Below are positions 8,896 to 18,891 of a stretch of 64,000 nt of DNA, in pieces. How positions within the stretch are numbered: the stretch's first letter is position 1; each line of letters begins with the position of its first letter. A program made the position numbers and the translations under genes. The notes beneath the pieces were generated by a model that had not been told where the DNA came from, ran no database searches, and saw only the letters and a program-made list of their open reading frames with translations. The stretch is from Thermoanaerobaculia bacterium. GTDB taxonomy: Bacteria > Acidobacteriota > Thermoanaerobaculia > UBA5066. The stretch is taken from contig CAWFJJ010000001.1 in NCBI GenBank assembly GCA_963816185.1, positions 576,001 through 640,000 of the forward strand, read 5' to 3'.

Positions 8896-11109
8896 ATGAC
8901 TACCTCGCGGCGCGAGTTCATTCAAATCAGCGGCGCGGGCTTCGGAGCCGCCGTCGCCGGGTCCGGTCTCGTGACGAAGTGGTGGGGGCTCGACCGCGAC
9001 GTCGTCGACGACCCCCGCACCGACGGCGACACCATCGTCCCGACCTTCTGCGAGCTCTGCTTCTGGAAGTGCGGCGTCCTCGCGCATGTGAAGAACGGCC
9101 GCGTCACGAAGATCGTCGGCAATCCCGAGCACCCTCTTTCGAAAGGCCGGCTCTGCCCGCGCGGCACGGGAGGAACGGGCCTCCTGTACGACCCGGACCG
9201 CTTGAAGACGCCGCTCCTGCGCAGGACGGGGAAGCGGGGCGACCAGACGTTCGAGGAGGTCTCCTGGGGGAAGGCGCTCGACTTCACGGCCGAGAAGCTC
9301 CTGAAGATCCAGAAGGAGTGCGGACCGGACAAGGTCGCGCTCTTCTCGCACGGCAACGGCGGGACGTTCTTCAAGCACCTCCTCTTCGCGTACGGCTCGG
9401 GCAACGTCACGGCTCCGTCTTACGGGCAGTGCCGCGGCCCGCGAGAGGTCGGCTTCCAGCTCACGTTCGGATCGCCGGTCGGCTCGCCCGAGGTCCTGGA
9501 CATCGGCAACAGCCGCTGCCTCACGCTAATGGGATCTCACCTCGGCGAGAACATGCACAACACGCAGGTCCAGGACTTCGCGCACGCGATCTCCAAAGGC
9601 GCGACGGTCATCGTCGTCGACCCGCGCTTCTCGACCGCGGCGGGCAAGGCCCGGTACTGGCTGCCGATCAAGCCCGGAACCGACCTCGCTCTCCTCCTCG
9701 CCTGGATGCACGTCATCGTGGCCGAGGGGCTCTACGACCGCGACTACGTCGAGAAATACACGACGGGCTTCGAAGAGCTCAAGAAGCACGTGGAGAACAG
9801 GACTCCGGAGTGGGCGTTCGCCGAGACCGGCATCGCTCCCGAAACGATCGTCGAGACGGCCCGAGTCATCGCGGGCGCGCGCCCGGCGTCGCTCGTCCAT
9901 CCTGGCCGCCACTCGACCTGGTACGGCGACGACACGCAGCGCGTGCGGGCGGTCGCGATCCTCAACGCGCTCCTCGGCTCGTGGGGGAGACGCGGAGGCT
10001 TCTTCGTTCCGGCCACGATGCCGCTGCCGGGCACTCCCGTCCCCGCCTACCCCCCGACGCCGGCCGTGCAGGACCACCCCGACGGCGTGGCATACCCGTT
10101 CGCCGACGAGCTCCTCGCGAACGGCGTCTGCGACGCGACGATTCCCGGCCGGATCGGCGGCTCCGGCTGCCCGATCAAGGCCTGGATCGTGTACGGCACG
10201 AACCTCATCCAGGCGCTCCCGCAGCGCGAGAACGTTCTCGAGGCGATCCAGAAACTGGATCTCCTCGTCGCAGTCGACGTCCTCCCGGCCGAGATCACCG
10301 GCTACGCGGACGTCGTTCTTCCGGAAGCGACGTACCTCGAGCGCTGGGACGACGTGGGATCGACCCCGTGGTCGGAGCCGTTCCTCTCGATCCGTCAGCC
10401 CGTGGTTCCCCCGCTGTACGAGAGCAAGCCCGGCTGGTGGATCGCGAAAGAGCTCGCCAAGCGCATGAACCTCGGCCACTACTTCCCCTGGGACGACCCC
10501 GAGGCGATGGTCGAAGCGCGTGTGAAGAAGGGCGGGTACGACTTCGCCCTCCTCAAGCGGACCGGCGTCCTCAAGGGCAAGCCGGTCCCCGTGACGACCG
10601 AAGACGGCCTCGAGCTCGCGTTCAAGACGCCGTCGAAGACGATCGAGATCTACTCGAAGCGGATGGCCGACATCGGTCTCCCTCCGCTCCCCGATTACAC
10701 CCGGCACCCGCAGCCCGCCGACGGACAGTTCCGCCTGCTCTTCGGGCGGACGCCGACGCACACGTTCGGCCGCACGACGAACAACCGCTTCCTCTCCCAG
10801 GTCTACGCGGAGAACGAGGTCTGGCTGAACGCGAAGATCGCTCGCGAAAGAGGCCTCGAAACCGGCGAGCGCGTCGTCCTCGTGAACCAGGACGGCGTGA
10901 GATCCGCGCCCGCGCGCGTGAAGGCCACACAGCGCATCCGCCCCGACTGCGTCTTCGTCGTCCACGGGTTCGGCCACGAGAGCCCCGGGCTCAAGTTCGC
11001 GAAGGGGCGCGGCCTCGACGACAGCAAGCTCATGTCACGAGTCGCCATCGATCCCGTCGCCGGCTCGACCGGGATGAGCGTCAACTTCGTGACCGTGGAG
11101 AGGGCTTGA
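8896..11109 (+). CDS. psrA: Polysulfide/thiosulfate reductase molybdopterin catalytic subunit (PsrA/PhsA family)
   Basis: Tat signal SRREFIQ, CELCFWKC...C [4Fe-4S] motif, probable Mo-ligand Cys in YGQCRGPR, HLGENMHN and a molybdopterin-binding C-terminus. Confidence 0.85.
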   Translation: MTTSRREFIQISGAGFGAAVAGSGLVTKWWGLDRDVVDDPRTDGDTIVPTFCELCFWKCGVLAHVKNGRVTKIVGNPEHPLSKGRLCPRGTGGTGLLYDPDRLKTPLLRRTGKRGDQTFEEVSWGKALDFTAEKLLKIQKECGPDKVALFSHGNGGTFFKHLLFAYGSGNVTAPSYGQCRGPREVGFQLTFGSPVGSPEVLDIGNSRCLTLMGSHLGENMHNTQVQDFAHAISKGATVIVVDPRFSTAAGKARYWLPIKPGTDLALLLAWMHVIVAEGLYDRDYVEKYTTGFEELKKHVENRTPEWAFAETGIAPETIVETARVIAGARPASLVHPGRHSTWYGDDTQRVRAVAILNALLGSWGRRGGFFVPATMPLPGTPVPAYPPTPAVQDHPDGVAYPFADELLANGVCDATIPGRIGGSGCPIKAWIVYGTNLIQALPQRENVLEAIQKLDLLVAVDVLPAEITGYADVVLPEATYLERWDDVGSTPWSEPFLSIRQPVVPPLYESKPGWWIAKELAKRMNLGHYFPWDDPEAMVEARVKKGGYDFALLKRTGVLKGKPVPVTTEDGLELAFKTPSKTIEIYSKRMADIGLPPLPDYTRHPQPADGQFRLLFGRTPTHTFGRTTNNRFLSQVYAENEVWLNAKIARERGLETGERVVLVNQDGVRSAPARVKATQRIRPDCVFVVHGFGHESPGLKFAKGRGLDDSKLMSRVAIDPVAGSTGMSVNFVTVERA

Positions 11110-11110
11110 G

Positions 11111-11659
11111 ATGAGCGCCCAGCCGAAACGCTACGCGATGACCGTCGACACGCGTCTCTGCGTCGGGTGCAAGGCGTGCGTCCTCGCCTGCAAGGCCGAG
11201 AACTCCGTTCCGGACGGCTTCTGCCGCGACTGGGTCGTGGAGGACGTGCGCGGCGAGTTCCCGCAGCTCTCGGCGGAGATCCGGTCGGAACGGTGCAATC
11301 AGTGCACCGACGCCCCGTGTGTGAAGAGCTGCCCGACCGGCGCGAGCCACGTCAACGAGGGCGGCGTCGTCCTCGTCACGCACGGCAAGTGCTCGGGCTG
11401 CAAGGCCTGCATCGCGGCGTGTCCGTACGACGCGCGGTTCGTCCACCCGAAGGGATACGTCGACAAGTGCACGTTCTGCCTCCACCGCGTGAAGAAGGGC
11501 CTCGCGCCGGCCTGCGTGGCGGTCTGCCCGACCGGGACTCTCGTCTTCGGCGACCGCAACGACCCGGCCTCGGGGGTCGCGCAGAAGTTGAGCGCCCGCC
11601 GCTGGAAGGTGAATCACCTCGAAAGCGGCGCCGGGCCGAACGTCTTTTTCCTCACCTGA
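11111..11659 (+). CDS. psrB: 4Fe-4S dicluster electron-transfer subunit (PsrB/NrfC-like)
   Basis: CVGCKACVLAC, CNQCTDAPCVKSCP, CSGCKACIAACP, CTFC...CVAVCP. Confidence 0.85.
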   Translation: MSAQPKRYAMTVDTRLCVGCKACVLACKAENSVPDGFCRDWVVEDVRGEFPQLSAEIRSERCNQCTDAPCVKSCPTGASHVNEGGVVLVTHGKCSGCKACIAACPYDARFVHPKGYVDKCTFCLHRVKKGLAPACVAVCPTGTLVFGDRNDPASGVAQKLSARRWKVNHLESGAGPNVFFLT

Positions 11660-11669
11660 AGGATCATCC

Positions 11670-12650
11670 ATGACGCCAGCGTCCTCGCAGCTTCTCGAGA
11701 CCGTCACGACCCGCGCGAACGCGCAGGTCGATCCGTCGCTCCACGTCTGGGGCTGGCAGATCGTCCTTTACCTCTTCCTCGGCGGCCTCGTCGCGGGAAT
11801 CTTCATCCTGTCCGCGGCCCTCGAGCTGAAGTCGGGCGAAAGGGCCCGGACGCGCGCGCTCTCAGCGATGCCGTTCGCCGCCCTCGCCCTTCTGTCGTTC
11901 GGGATGCTGTTTCTGTGGCTCGACCTCGAGCACAGGTTCTGGGCGTGGCGCTTCTACGCGACGTTCCGTCCCACCTCGCCGATGTCGTGGGGCGCGTGGA
12001 TTCTCGTCCTCGTCTACCCGGCCGGGCTCCTCCTCGGCCTGGGCTCTCTCGACGACGGCCAGCGCGGCACGCTCCGCGGCTTCGCTCCCGCGAAGGTCCG
12101 GGGCTTGCTCTCGAAGCTCCTCGCCTTCGGCGACCACTTCCGCAGGCCGCTCCTCCTAGCGAATGTCGCTCTGGGAGTCGCCCTCGGCCTCTACACCGGC
12201 CTCCTCCTCGGGACGCTGCCGGCGCGGCTCGCGTGGAACAGCGCGGTCCTGGGCCCGCTCTTCCTCGCGTCGGGGATCTCGACGGGCGCGGCGACTCTCC
12301 TTCTCCTGAAACTCGACGAGAGCGAAAGGAGAACCCTCATCCGCTGGGATTTCGCCGCGATCGCCGCCGAGCTCGTCCTCCTCGCCCTGATGCTCGTGGG
12401 CTTCGGCACGTCGGGGGAGGCCGGCCGCACGGCGGCCCACGCGTTCCTCGGCGGAGAGTACACGGCGGTCTTCTGGTCGGTCGTCGTCTTCATGGGCCTC
12501 CTCGTCCCGCTCGCGATGGAAGTGATCGAGGCGCGGCGGCAGCTCCCGTTCGTCGCGCTCGTCCCGGTCCTGATCCTCGCGGGCGGTCTCGCGCTCCGCT
12601 GGATCCTTCTCGTCGCGGGCCAGCACTCCGCGTTCCGCTTCCTTCCGTGA
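11670..12650 (+). CDS. psrC: NrfD/PsrC membrane anchor
   Basis: WGWQIVLYLFLGG, LDLEH, TSPMSWGAW and YTGLLL, with multiple TM helices. Confidence 0.85.
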   Translation: MTPASSQLLETVTTRANAQVDPSLHVWGWQIVLYLFLGGLVAGIFILSAALELKSGERARTRALSAMPFAALALLSFGMLFLWLDLEHRFWAWRFYATFRPTSPMSWGAWILVLVYPAGLLLGLGSLDDGQRGTLRGFAPAKVRGLLSKLLAFGDHFRRPLLLANVALGVALGLYTGLLLGTLPARLAWNSAVLGPLFLASGISTGAATLLLLKLDESERRTLIRWDFAAIAAELVLLALMLVGFGTSGEAGRTAAHAFLGGEYTAVFWSVVVFMGLLVPLAMEVIEARRQLPFVALVPVLILAGGLALRWILLVAGQHSAFRFLP

Positions 12651-12664
12651 ACGAGGTGACACAC

Positions 12665-13198
12665 ATGTCGAACGGCTCCGCCCCTCCCGCCGAACGCCCG
12701 TTCTGGAACCCGTACGTCGCGGGCGTCGTCCTGGGTCTCGTCCTCCTGGCCTCCTTTCTCGTCATGGGATGGGGCCTCGGCGCCTCGGGCGCCACGACGC
12801 GCTTCGCCGTCGGCGCGGCGCACCTCGTCGCCCCGAAGACCGTCGAAGGGAACGCCTACTTCTCGCAGTACGTCGGCCCCGGCAAGCACGTCCTCGACGA
12901 CTGGCTCGTGTTCGAGGTCTTCGGCGTCTTCCTCGGCGGCGCCTTCGGCGCCTATTCCGCGGGGCGGATGAAGCTGGGCGTCGACAAGGGCCCGAACGTC
13001 ACCACGGCGAAGCGCTTCGTCCTCGCGGTCTTCGGCGGCGTCCTGATGGGGATCGCGGCGCGCCTCGCCCGCGGCTGCACGTCCGGCCAGGCGCTCACCG
13101 GAGGAGCCGCGCTCTCGCTCGGGTCCTGGGTCTTCATGATGGCGGTCTTCACCGGCGGATACCTCGCCGCGCCGCTCGTGAGGAGGGAATGGCGATGA
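12665..13198 (+). CDS. YeeE/YedE family sulfur transporter
   Basis: WNPYVAG, GLGASG and LARGCTSGQALTG. Confidence 0.85.
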   Translation: MSNGSAPPAERPFWNPYVAGVVLGLVLLASFLVMGWGLGASGATTRFAVGAAHLVAPKTVEGNAYFSQYVGPGKHVLDDWLVFEVFGVFLGGAFGAYSAGRMKLGVDKGPNVTTAKRFVLAVFGGVLMGIAARLARGCTSGQALTGGAALSLGSWVFMMAVFTGGYLAAPLVRREWR

Positions 13199-14376
13199 GC
13201 TTTCCGCTTTACGGCCACGGCGCGTTCGGCTACTTCTCCGGCCTTCTCGTCGGGACCCTGGTCGGCATCGCCTTCGGCTTCGTCCTCGAGCGCGCGGGCT
13301 TCGGCCAGGCGCGGAACCTCGCCGCGCAGTTCTACCTGACGAACACACGGGTCCTGAAGGTCATGTTCAGCGCGATCGTGACCGCGCTCGTCGGGATGGC
13401 GCTCCTCTCCGGCGTCGGCCTCCTCGACCTCTCGCTCGTCACCGTCCCCGAGACCTTCCTCTGGCCGCAGCTCGTCGGCGGCCTTCTCCTCGGTGTGGGA
13501 TTCATCGTCTCCGGCTACTGCCCCGGCACCGGCGTCGTGGCCGCCGCCTCCGGGAATCTCGACGGCGCCGCCGCCATCGGCGGCGTCATGCTCGGCTCGC
13601 TCGTCTTCGGCTTCGGGTACGGACCGCTCGAGAGCTTCTACAAGACAGGGGCGATGGGAGTCGTGAGGCTTCAGGACCTCCTCGGCGTGCCGACCGCGGT
13701 CGTCGCGGCCGGCGTCGTCGCGATGGCGATCGGGGCGTTCCTCGGCGGAGAGAAGCTCGAGAGGATTTTCACGAAAAGAGCCGGCGAGGAGGCGCCTGAT
13801 TCCCCGCGCCCGATCAAGCTCAACGTCTTCGGCGGTTTCGCGGCCGCGGCGGTGCTCGCGATCGCCGCTCTTGCCCTTCCGGTTCGGGCGAAAGGAGAAG
13901 GCGGGCGAACGACCGGGACGATCAGCTCGTCCGCGCTCGCGCGCCAGCTGGTCACGGCGCCGCGGGAGATCTGGCTGCTCGATCTGCGCCCAGGTTCCTT
14001 ACCGGATCGAATTCCGGGAGCGATCGTTCTGCCGGATGGGGACTCGAAGGCCGATCTCGCCGCGGGGCTTTCCCCGACGCGTCCGCTCGTCGTGTATGCC
14101 CAGCGCGATCTCGCGAAGCTTCCGGACGGAGTCCGGCGCTTCCCGGGAGAGGTCCGGGTCCTCGCCGGAGGATACGAGGCGTGGCAGTCGGCGATTCTGG
14201 CGCCGCCCGTTCCGCCGGAGAGCCCGACGCCTGCCCTGATCGCCGAGTTCCGTGTCCAGAGCGCTCTGCACGCGCATTTCACCGGTGCGACGGACGTCGA
14301 AGCGCCGAAGGTGGAGCTGAAGCCCGTGGCCGCGGCCGCGCCCGCCTCGGGCCCGAAGAAGGGAGGCGGCTGCTAG
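13195..14376 (+). CDS. YeeE/YedE transporter fused to rhodanese-like domain with C-terminal KKGGGC tail
   Basis: FGFVLERAGFG, GYCPGTG, LLDLRP...RIPGA and LAGGYEAW. ATGA overlap with the upstream gene. Confidence 0.85.
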   Translation: MSFPLYGHGAFGYFSGLLVGTLVGIAFGFVLERAGFGQARNLAAQFYLTNTRVLKVMFSAIVTALVGMALLSGVGLLDLSLVTVPETFLWPQLVGGLLLGVGFIVSGYCPGTGVVAAASGNLDGAAAIGGVMLGSLVFGFGYGPLESFYKTGAMGVVRLQDLLGVPTAVVAAGVVAMAIGAFLGGEKLERIFTKRAGEEAPDSPRPIKLNVFGGFAAAAVLAIAALALPVRAKGEGGRTTGTISSSALARQLVTAPREIWLLDLRPGSLPDRIPGAIVLPDGDSKADLAAGLSPTRPLVVYAQRDLAKLPDGVRRFPGEVRVLAGGYEAWQSAILAPPVPPESPTPALIAEFRVQSALHAHFTGATDVEAPKVELKPVAAAAPASGPKKGGGC

Positions 14377-14451
14377 AAGCCGACCGCGACCCGTCCCCGA
14401 CCTTTTCGATCTCATTGGACGTGAACCGTCCGCATACAAAAGGAGTGTTCG

Positions 14452-15702
14452 ATGAAAAAGCTCTCAGGCGGTGCCCTGCTCGTGGGCCTCGCTCTCGCAG
14501 CCGCCCCCGTCCTCGCGACGGACGGCTATTTCCAGCTCGGCTACGGTACGCCGAACGTCGGCATGGCCGGCGTCGGCGCCGCGCTTCCGCTCAACACGAT
14601 GGCGCCCGCGACGAACCCGGCGGCCGACGCGTGGGTGACCGGGTACGACCTCAACGTCGCTTTCTTCAACCCGAACCGCCAGTTCACGGTGACCGGCTCG
14701 CCCTCGGGCTTCCCCGGTACGTTCGGACTCCAGCCGGGCACCGTCAAGAGCGGCGACTCGCTCTTCCTCGTGCCGGGACTCGGCGCGAACTGGAAGCTCA
14801 ACGACAAGATGACGTTCGGCGTCGCGATCTACGGGAACGGCGGCATGAACACGACGTACGCCGAGTCGGTCTTCTACGCGGGCCGGACGGGCGTGAACCT
14901 CATGCAGCTCTACGTCGCGCCGACCTTGACGTACAAGGTGGGGGAGAACCATGCGTTCGGCGTGAGCCCGGTCTTCGGGTACCAGCGGTTCCAGGCCGAA
15001 GGAGTCGGAAGCTTCGCGCCGTTCTCCTCCTCGGCCGGAAACCTCTCGAACAACGGCTACGACACGTCGCTCGGCTGGGGCGTCCGCGTCGGTTATCTCG
15101 GCAAGCTCACGCCCTGGCTCTCGGTCGGCGGCTCGTACCAGACCGAGATGGAGATGCAGAAGTTCAAGAAATACAGCGGGCTCTTCGCAGAGGGCGGCGA
15201 TTTCGACATCCCGGCGAACTGGACGGTCGGTCTCGCCGTCAAGCCCGTCGAGAGCGTCACGGTCGCATTCGACGTCCAGCAGATCGATTTCAGCCAGACC
15301 GAATCGATCGGGAACCCGCTTCTCCCGAACCTGATGACGGCGCGCCTCGGCGACGACAGCGGCGCCGGGTTCGGCTGGAGGAACGTCACGGTGTACAAGC
15401 TCGGCGTCCAGTGGGTCACGAGCCCGAGCCTCACGGTCCGCGCGGGCTACGCTTTCGCGAAGCAGCCCATCCCCGAGTCGGAGGTCCTCTTCAACATCCT
15501 CGCCCCCGGCGTCATCGAGCAGCACATCACGGCGGGCGTCAGCGCGAAAGTCGGGGAGAAGTCGACGGTCCACCTCTCCGTCGTCCGTGCGCTCTCGCAC
15601 TCCGTCACCGGCCCGAACCCGCTCGAGGCCCCCGGCCAGCAGACGATCGAGCTGAAGATGGATCAGTGGCTCTTCGACCTCGGCTTGTCGTTCGGGTTCT
15701 GA
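14452..15702 (+). CDS. FadL/OmpP1/TodX family outer-membrane channel
   Basis: Signal peptide, GMAG and NPA N-terminal motifs, amphipathic beta strands and terminal Phe. Confidence 0.8.
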   Translation: MKKLSGGALLVGLALAAAPVLATDGYFQLGYGTPNVGMAGVGAALPLNTMAPATNPAADAWVTGYDLNVAFFNPNRQFTVTGSPSGFPGTFGLQPGTVKSGDSLFLVPGLGANWKLNDKMTFGVAIYGNGGMNTTYAESVFYAGRTGVNLMQLYVAPTLTYKVGENHAFGVSPVFGYQRFQAEGVGSFAPFSSSAGNLSNNGYDTSLGWGVRVGYLGKLTPWLSVGGSYQTEMEMQKFKKYSGLFAEGGDFDIPANWTVGLAVKPVESVTVAFDVQQIDFSQTESIGNPLLPNLMTARLGDDSGAGFGWRNVTVYKLGVQWVTSPSLTVRAGYAFAKQPIPESEVLFNILAPGVIEQHITAGVSAKVGEKSTVHLSVVRALSHSVTGPNPLEAPGQQTIELKMDQWLFDLGLSFGF

Positions 15703-15882
15703 CGACGGTCGTTTCCATGAGGCCTCGAAGCCGCGGTCCGGAAGGTGGTGTGCTGAGGGGTGCGCTGAAATCCTTACCGCACCGATGACGGCGGTAAGCG
15801 CTGCCTGCCCGGTCGTTCTGCCGGTTCGGCACGGTTACGAGACGGCACGGCTCATGCTGTCCTTGTGGCCGGGTGATGGGAA

Positions 15883-18321
15883 ATGGATGCGGTAACCGTC
15901 AAGGCGCCTGACTCCTCCGTGTCGGTTTCCGACAGCCTCGCGGCGGAAGGCGTGAACCCCGAGACGGGGCTCACGCGCGCGGAAGTGGACGTCCGTCGCA
16001 AGGAGCACGGCTACAACGAGGTGGCCGAGAAGAAGGGGCACCCCGCCCTCAAGTTTCTCGGGAAGTTCTGGGGCGTGTCGGCGTGGATGCTCGAGCTGAT
16101 CATGGTGCTGTCGGCCGTGCTCGGAAACACGTCGGATCTCGCCGTCGTGGGCGCGCTTCTGGTGATCAACGCCATCCTGAGCTTCACGCAGGAGCATCGA
16201 GCTGAAGGCGTGGTCGAAGAGCTGCGGAGACGTCTGCAGGTCCGCGCGCGCGTGCTTCGCGAATCGACCTGGCAGGTCATCCCCTCGCGGGAGCTCGTCC
16301 CCGGCGACATCGTGCGCGTGCGTCCCGGCGACGTCGTCCCGGCCGACGTGAGGCTCCTCACGGGAGCCTTGACCGTGGATCAGTCGGCGCTCACGGGCGA
16401 ATCGAAGGACGCGGACAAGGCGCCGGGTGAGGTCCTTTCGTCGGGCTCCGTCGTCCGCCGGGGGGAAGGCGACGGCGTTGTGACGCTGACGGGAGCGGCC
16501 ACGTCCCTCGGCCGCACGACGGAGCTCGTGCAGCTGGCGCGTCCGAAGCTCCACATCGAAGCAGTCGTGGCCAAGGTGGTCCGGTGGCTCTTCGTCATCC
16601 TGGTCGCGCTGCTGGGTTCGGTGGTCGTGTTGTCTCTGATCCGACGCGTGGCGCTCGTCGAGATGGTACCGCTCGTGCTCGTCCTCCTGATGAGCGCGGT
16701 GCCGGTCGCCCTCCCCGTCATGTTCACGGTCAGCATGGCCGTCGGGTCCAGGGAGCTGGCGAAGCGCGGCGTGCTGGTGACGCGGCTCAGCGCCGCGGAG
16801 GACGCGGCGACGATGGATGTCCTCTGCGTGGACAAGACGGGCACGATCACGATGAACCAGCTGGCCGTCACGGGAGTCATCCCGCTGGAGCGCGCGACGG
16901 AATCCGACGTCCTTGTCGCCGGCGCGCTTGCGTCCCGGGAAGCCAACCAGGACCCGATCGATCTCGCGTTTCTCGCCGCGGCGAAGGAGCGTCGCGTCCT
17001 CGACGGCCGGCCCGCGGCCACGCCCGTCTCCTTCGCGCCGTTCGACGCGAAGAACCGGCGGACGGAAGCCGTCGTCGAGCAGAACGGGCAGCGGCTGCGC
17101 GTGATGAAGGGCGCCGTACGAACCGTCGCCGAGGCCTGCGGACTTCAGCCCCAGGCGATCGAGGCGCTGGAGGCGCGGGTCGGCGACGCGGCGCTGAAGG
17201 GCTTTCGGACGCTGGCGGTCGCACGCGGACCCGAGACGGGCGTTCCCGCGCTGGTCGGCCTCGTGACGCTGTACGACCCGCCCCGGCCGGACGCCGGTCC
17301 GCTCATCGCCGCGCTGCGCGGTCTCGGTGTCTCGGTCAAGATGCTCACCGGCGACGCGCTGGCGGTCGCGGCCGAGATCGCGCGCGGGGTCGGCCTGCCG
17401 AACATCCGGCGCATGGCCGACCTGAAGGCCGCCGGCATGCCGGCCGGAAACGAGTCGGTCGACCTCCTGTCCGGGACCGACGGCTTCGCCGAAGTGTTCC
17501 CCGAGGACAAGTATGTCGTCGTCCAGCACCTGCAGGCCGCCGGTCACGTGACCGGCATGACGGGCGACGGCGTCAACGACGCGCCCGCCCTTCGCCAGGC
17601 CGAGGTGGGCATCGCCGTAAGCACCGCGACCGATGTTGCAAAGGGCGCCGCCAGCGTCGTCCTGACCGACCCGGGCCTGACGAACATCGTGGCGCTCGTC
17701 GAGCAGGGCCGGGTCATCTACCAGCGCGTCCTGACGTGGATCATCAACAAGATCAGCCGGACGATCCTGAAGGCGGCCTTCGTGGCCATCGCGTTCGTGG
17801 TGACCGGCAAGTTCGTGGTGTCCGCCTTCGCGATGCTTCTCCTCGTCTTCATGACGGACTTCGCCAAGGTGTCCCTCGCCACCGATCGCGTGCGGCCGTC
17901 CCCCAAGCCGGAGACCTGGAACATCGGGGGCTTCATCTTCGTGTCCGCGGTGCTGGGAATCGCGATGGTCGGAGAGGCGCTCGGCCTCCTGTGGATCGGC
18001 TGGTCGCGTTTCGGCCTGGGGGCGAACGACCACGCGCTCCATACCTTCAGCTTCCTGACGCTGCTCTACTTCGCGGCTTTCTCCGTCGTGTCCGCGCGCG
18101 AGCGGCGCTGGTTCTGGGCGACGATGCCCAGCAAGACGCTCGCGGCCGCCATCACGGTCGACGTGCTCGCGGGCACGGCCCTGACGCGCGTGGGCCTCCC
18201 GGGGCTCGTCGGATTGCCCTGGTGGCAGACGCTCGCTATCTTCGGTTATGCGGCGGTGGCCTGCCTCCTCGTCAACGATGCCCTCAAGGTTGCGTTGATC
18301 AGATGGCGCGTCCCCGCCTGA
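15883..18321 (+). CDS. Plasma-membrane-type proton-efflux P-type ATPase (type IIIA)
   Basis: DQSALTGES, PVALP, DKTGTIT, DPID, KGA, MLTGD, FAEVFPEDK and GDGVNDAPAL. Confidence 0.85.
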   Translation: MDAVTVKAPDSSVSVSDSLAAEGVNPETGLTRAEVDVRRKEHGYNEVAEKKGHPALKFLGKFWGVSAWMLELIMVLSAVLGNTSDLAVVGALLVINAILSFTQEHRAEGVVEELRRRLQVRARVLRESTWQVIPSRELVPGDIVRVRPGDVVPADVRLLTGALTVDQSALTGESKDADKAPGEVLSSGSVVRRGEGDGVVTLTGAATSLGRTTELVQLARPKLHIEAVVAKVVRWLFVILVALLGSVVVLSLIRRVALVEMVPLVLVLLMSAVPVALPVMFTVSMAVGSRELAKRGVLVTRLSAAEDAATMDVLCVDKTGTITMNQLAVTGVIPLERATESDVLVAGALASREANQDPIDLAFLAAAKERRVLDGRPAATPVSFAPFDAKNRRTEAVVEQNGQRLRVMKGAVRTVAEACGLQPQAIEALEARVGDAALKGFRTLAVARGPETGVPALVGLVTLYDPPRPDAGPLIAALRGLGVSVKMLTGDALAVAAEIARGVGLPNIRRMADLKAAGMPAGNESVDLLSGTDGFAEVFPEDKYVVVQHLQAAGHVTGMTGDGVNDAPALRQAEVGIAVSTATDVAKGAASVVLTDPGLTNIVALVEQGRVIYQRVLTWIINKISRTILKAAFVAIAFVVTGKFVVSAFAMLLLVFMTDFAKVSLATDRVRPSPKPETWNIGGFIFVSAVLGIAMVGEALGLLWIGWSRFGLGANDHALHTFSFLTLLYFAAFSVVSARERRWFWATMPSKTLAAAITVDVLAGTALTRVGLPGLVGLPWWQTLAIFGYAAVACLLVNDALKVALIRWRVPA

Positions 18322-18366
18322 AGCGACTCGTCCAGCCTCCGGCGCAACCGCTCGGCGCCGTCGGCG

Positions 18367-18891
18367 TCACCTCTCCTTTAGGAGCCGGACGACGTCCCGC
18401 TCGATCGCGGCGAGATCGTCCTCGCCCTCGTGCCGCGCGCGGAGGCGCCCGGCGCGGTCGACGACGAAGGCCACGGGGAGCCCGAGGATGCCGCCCCACG
18501 CCTTCGCGACCTTCTCGTCTCCCAGGGCGAGCCGGTACGTCGTCCCGTACGTGCGACGAAAGTCGCGCACGGGTGCCGGAGATTCGTCGAGAGAGATTCC
18601 GACGACCTCGAGGCCCTGCGTCCGGTACTTCGCATAGAGCCGGACGAAGCCCGGGGCCTGGGAGCGGCACGGTACGCACCACGTCGCCCAGAAATCGACG
18701 ACGACGACCTTCCCGCGCAGCGAGGCGAGGTCGAGGGGCGCCCCGTCGAGGTCGACGAGCGCGAGCGTCGGCGCCGGGCCGCCGGGCTTCGGCGCCGACG
18801 CATCCACGCCGCGCGTGGCGGCCGCGAGGAGAACCGCAAGGGCCGCTGCGCCGATCAGGAGCCCACGCGTGCGGGCCGCCTTCTCACCCAC
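18367..18891 (-). CDS. TlpA-like thiol-disulfide oxidoreductase
   Basis: DFWATWCVPC and an N-terminal signal/anchor. Confidence 0.85.
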   Translation of the reverse strand: MGEKAARTRGLLIGAAALAVLLAAATRGVDASAPKPGGPAPTLALVDLDGAPLDLASLRGKVVVVDFWATWCVPCRSQAPGFVRLYAKYRTQGLEVVGISLDESPAPVRDFRRTYGTTYRLALGDEKVAKAWGGILGLPVAFVVDRAGRLRARHEGEDDLAAIERDVVRLLKER

